A DNA stretch of 64,000 bases, from NCBI GenBank assembly GCA_017432665.1, contig JAFRIS010000032.1, forward strand, positions 11,759-75,758. The letters run 5' to 3'. Shown here piece after piece: positions 63,162 to 64,000 of this stretch. The position numbers were made by a program, and so were the translations under genes. Under the pieces are notes generated by a model. It saw only the letters and a list, made by a program, of their open reading frames with translations, was not told the origin of the DNA and made no database searches. Positions within the stretch are counted from its first letter, which is position 1. Each line of letters opens with the position of its first letter. Source of the DNA: Bacilli bacterium. GTDB taxonomy: Bacteria; Bacillota_I; Bacilli_A; RF39; UBA660.

Positions 63162-64000
63162 ATGTTTTGTAATAAATGTGGAGATCCCATTAGACCAAAT
63201 GAAAAATTTTGTAGTAAATGTGGTAATCCGATAGATACTAACAAGAAAAATGATCAAATTCCAAATAATTCTAAAAATAATGTCATAAAGTCATTAGAAA
63301 ATCTTGATGATAGAAATAGAATTATTATTGGAGTAGGAATTGGTTTTGTTTTACTAATTTTAATAGTTTTAGGAGTTCATTTTTCAAGTAATTCAAGTGG
63401 CCGTTATTATTTTGGTGAAAATCCTAATAAACCAGATACTGAGGTACCACAAACACCAGAAGAAGAACTACCTAAAAGAGGAAAATATGAAACTGCAATT
63501 ATTTATGATAATACTTATACCGGTGTTAAATTAACTAATATTAAAGATGCAAATAAATTAATAGTTAAGGACTCAGTAAGTCAAAAGAGTAAATGTCCAA
63601 AAGAAATTAAAAAAATAGAAGAAGAAATAATAAAAGATTATGGAATTACAGCTGTTAATTTATGTGAAATGGATGTTAATTTTGCTAAAGAGATTGGTAA
63701 TGTATTTAAAAGAATTTATAATGAATATCCAAGTGTAAGAGGATATCTAACAAATCTATCATTAGCTAATGTAGATATGAATAATAATTATATTGCTGCA
63801 TTTATGCCAATGTTTACTTTTGCTACTGCTGATACTGATACTGAATATCCTTGGGCTATGAAAACACAAGTATTATTAAATACATCTTATTTTTTAAATC
63901 CGGAGAGATTAAAATCATCAGTAGAGCAAGGTTCTAATTCTGGACACTTTCCAAAGAATGCAACTATGTATTCCCCAGTTGCTCATGAATTAGGTCATTA
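63162..64000 (+). CDS. Zinc-ribbon + TM + extracellular HExxH metalloprotease-like protein; 3' end runs off the window
   Basis: Absent from the ORF track (no stop in window). My translation: MFCNKCGDPIRPNEKFCSKCGNPI.., TM IIIGVGIGFVLLILIVLGV, final residues ..SPVAHELGH. TGtGATACAAT promoter upstream. Confidence 0.65.
   Translation, partial: MFCNKCGDPIRPNEKFCSKCGNPIDTNKKNDQIPNNSKNNVIKSLENLDDRNRIIIGVGIGFVLLILIVLGVHFSSNSSGRYYFGENPNKPDTEVPQTPEEELPKRGKYETAIIYDNTYTGVKLTNIKDANKLIVKDSVSQKSKCPKEIKKIEEEIIKDYGITAVNLCEMDVNFAKEIGNVFKRIYNEYPSVRGYLTNLSLANVDMNNNYIAAFMPMFTFATADTDTEYPWAMKTQVLLNTSYFLNPERLKSSVEQGSNSGHFPKNATMYSPVAHELGH

Noticed and set aside
1-64000. Possibility of a Mollicutes-type genetic code (TGA = Trp), given the very low GC content.
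   Set aside because: TGA terminates well-defined genes at the expected length (for example 3968-3970, 58466-58468 and 44406-44408), and Trp positions in conserved motifs are TGG.

Overview
This is a 64-kb window from an AT-rich, low-GC Gram-positive (Bacillota-type) chromosome. It uses the standard bacterial code: TGA is a stop, as in the ATGA stop/start overlap at 3967-3970, and Trp is TGG. I call about 65 protein genes, almost all on the + strand, and 4 single-copy tRNAs (Arg-CCG, Thr-CGU, Arg-CCU, Met-CAU), each with an encoded CCA end. I found no rRNA, CRISPR array, transposase, integrase or prophage. Expression signals recur throughout: extended -10 promoters (TGnTATAAT), GGTGAT/AGGAG Shine-Dalgarno sites, and short AT-rich hairpin plus T-run terminators that often overlap stop codons.

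The left half (1-33.8 kb) is mostly housekeeping. It holds a PilB/ComGA-like ATPase facing two pilin-like genes, a YlbL-like protease, CinA-C, two PlsC paralogs, a Ca-type P-type ATPase, tkt-yneF, uvrC, mutL-miaA, rpsT, yidD, rnc and an RNase J. Many membrane and hypothetical genes sit between them.

The right half (33.9-58.5 kb) is a cell-surface island:
- a sortase-type thioester-domain adhesin;
- an internally duplicated metallophosphoesterase;
- a TasA/SipW-type fibre locus (38.1-46.0 kb);
- a patatin-like lipase;
- three tandem SLH-anchored giant proteins (47.0-58.5 kb) with Big_2 arrays.

My best candidate for an undescribed system is the fibre locus. Its signal peptidase is fused to a polytopic membrane domain. 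Its second substrate is an 806-aa protein that ends in a Hint (intein-like) self-processing domain plus an unknown C-terminal module.

All domain calls come from motifs read by eye and from remembered family signatures. No database search was run.
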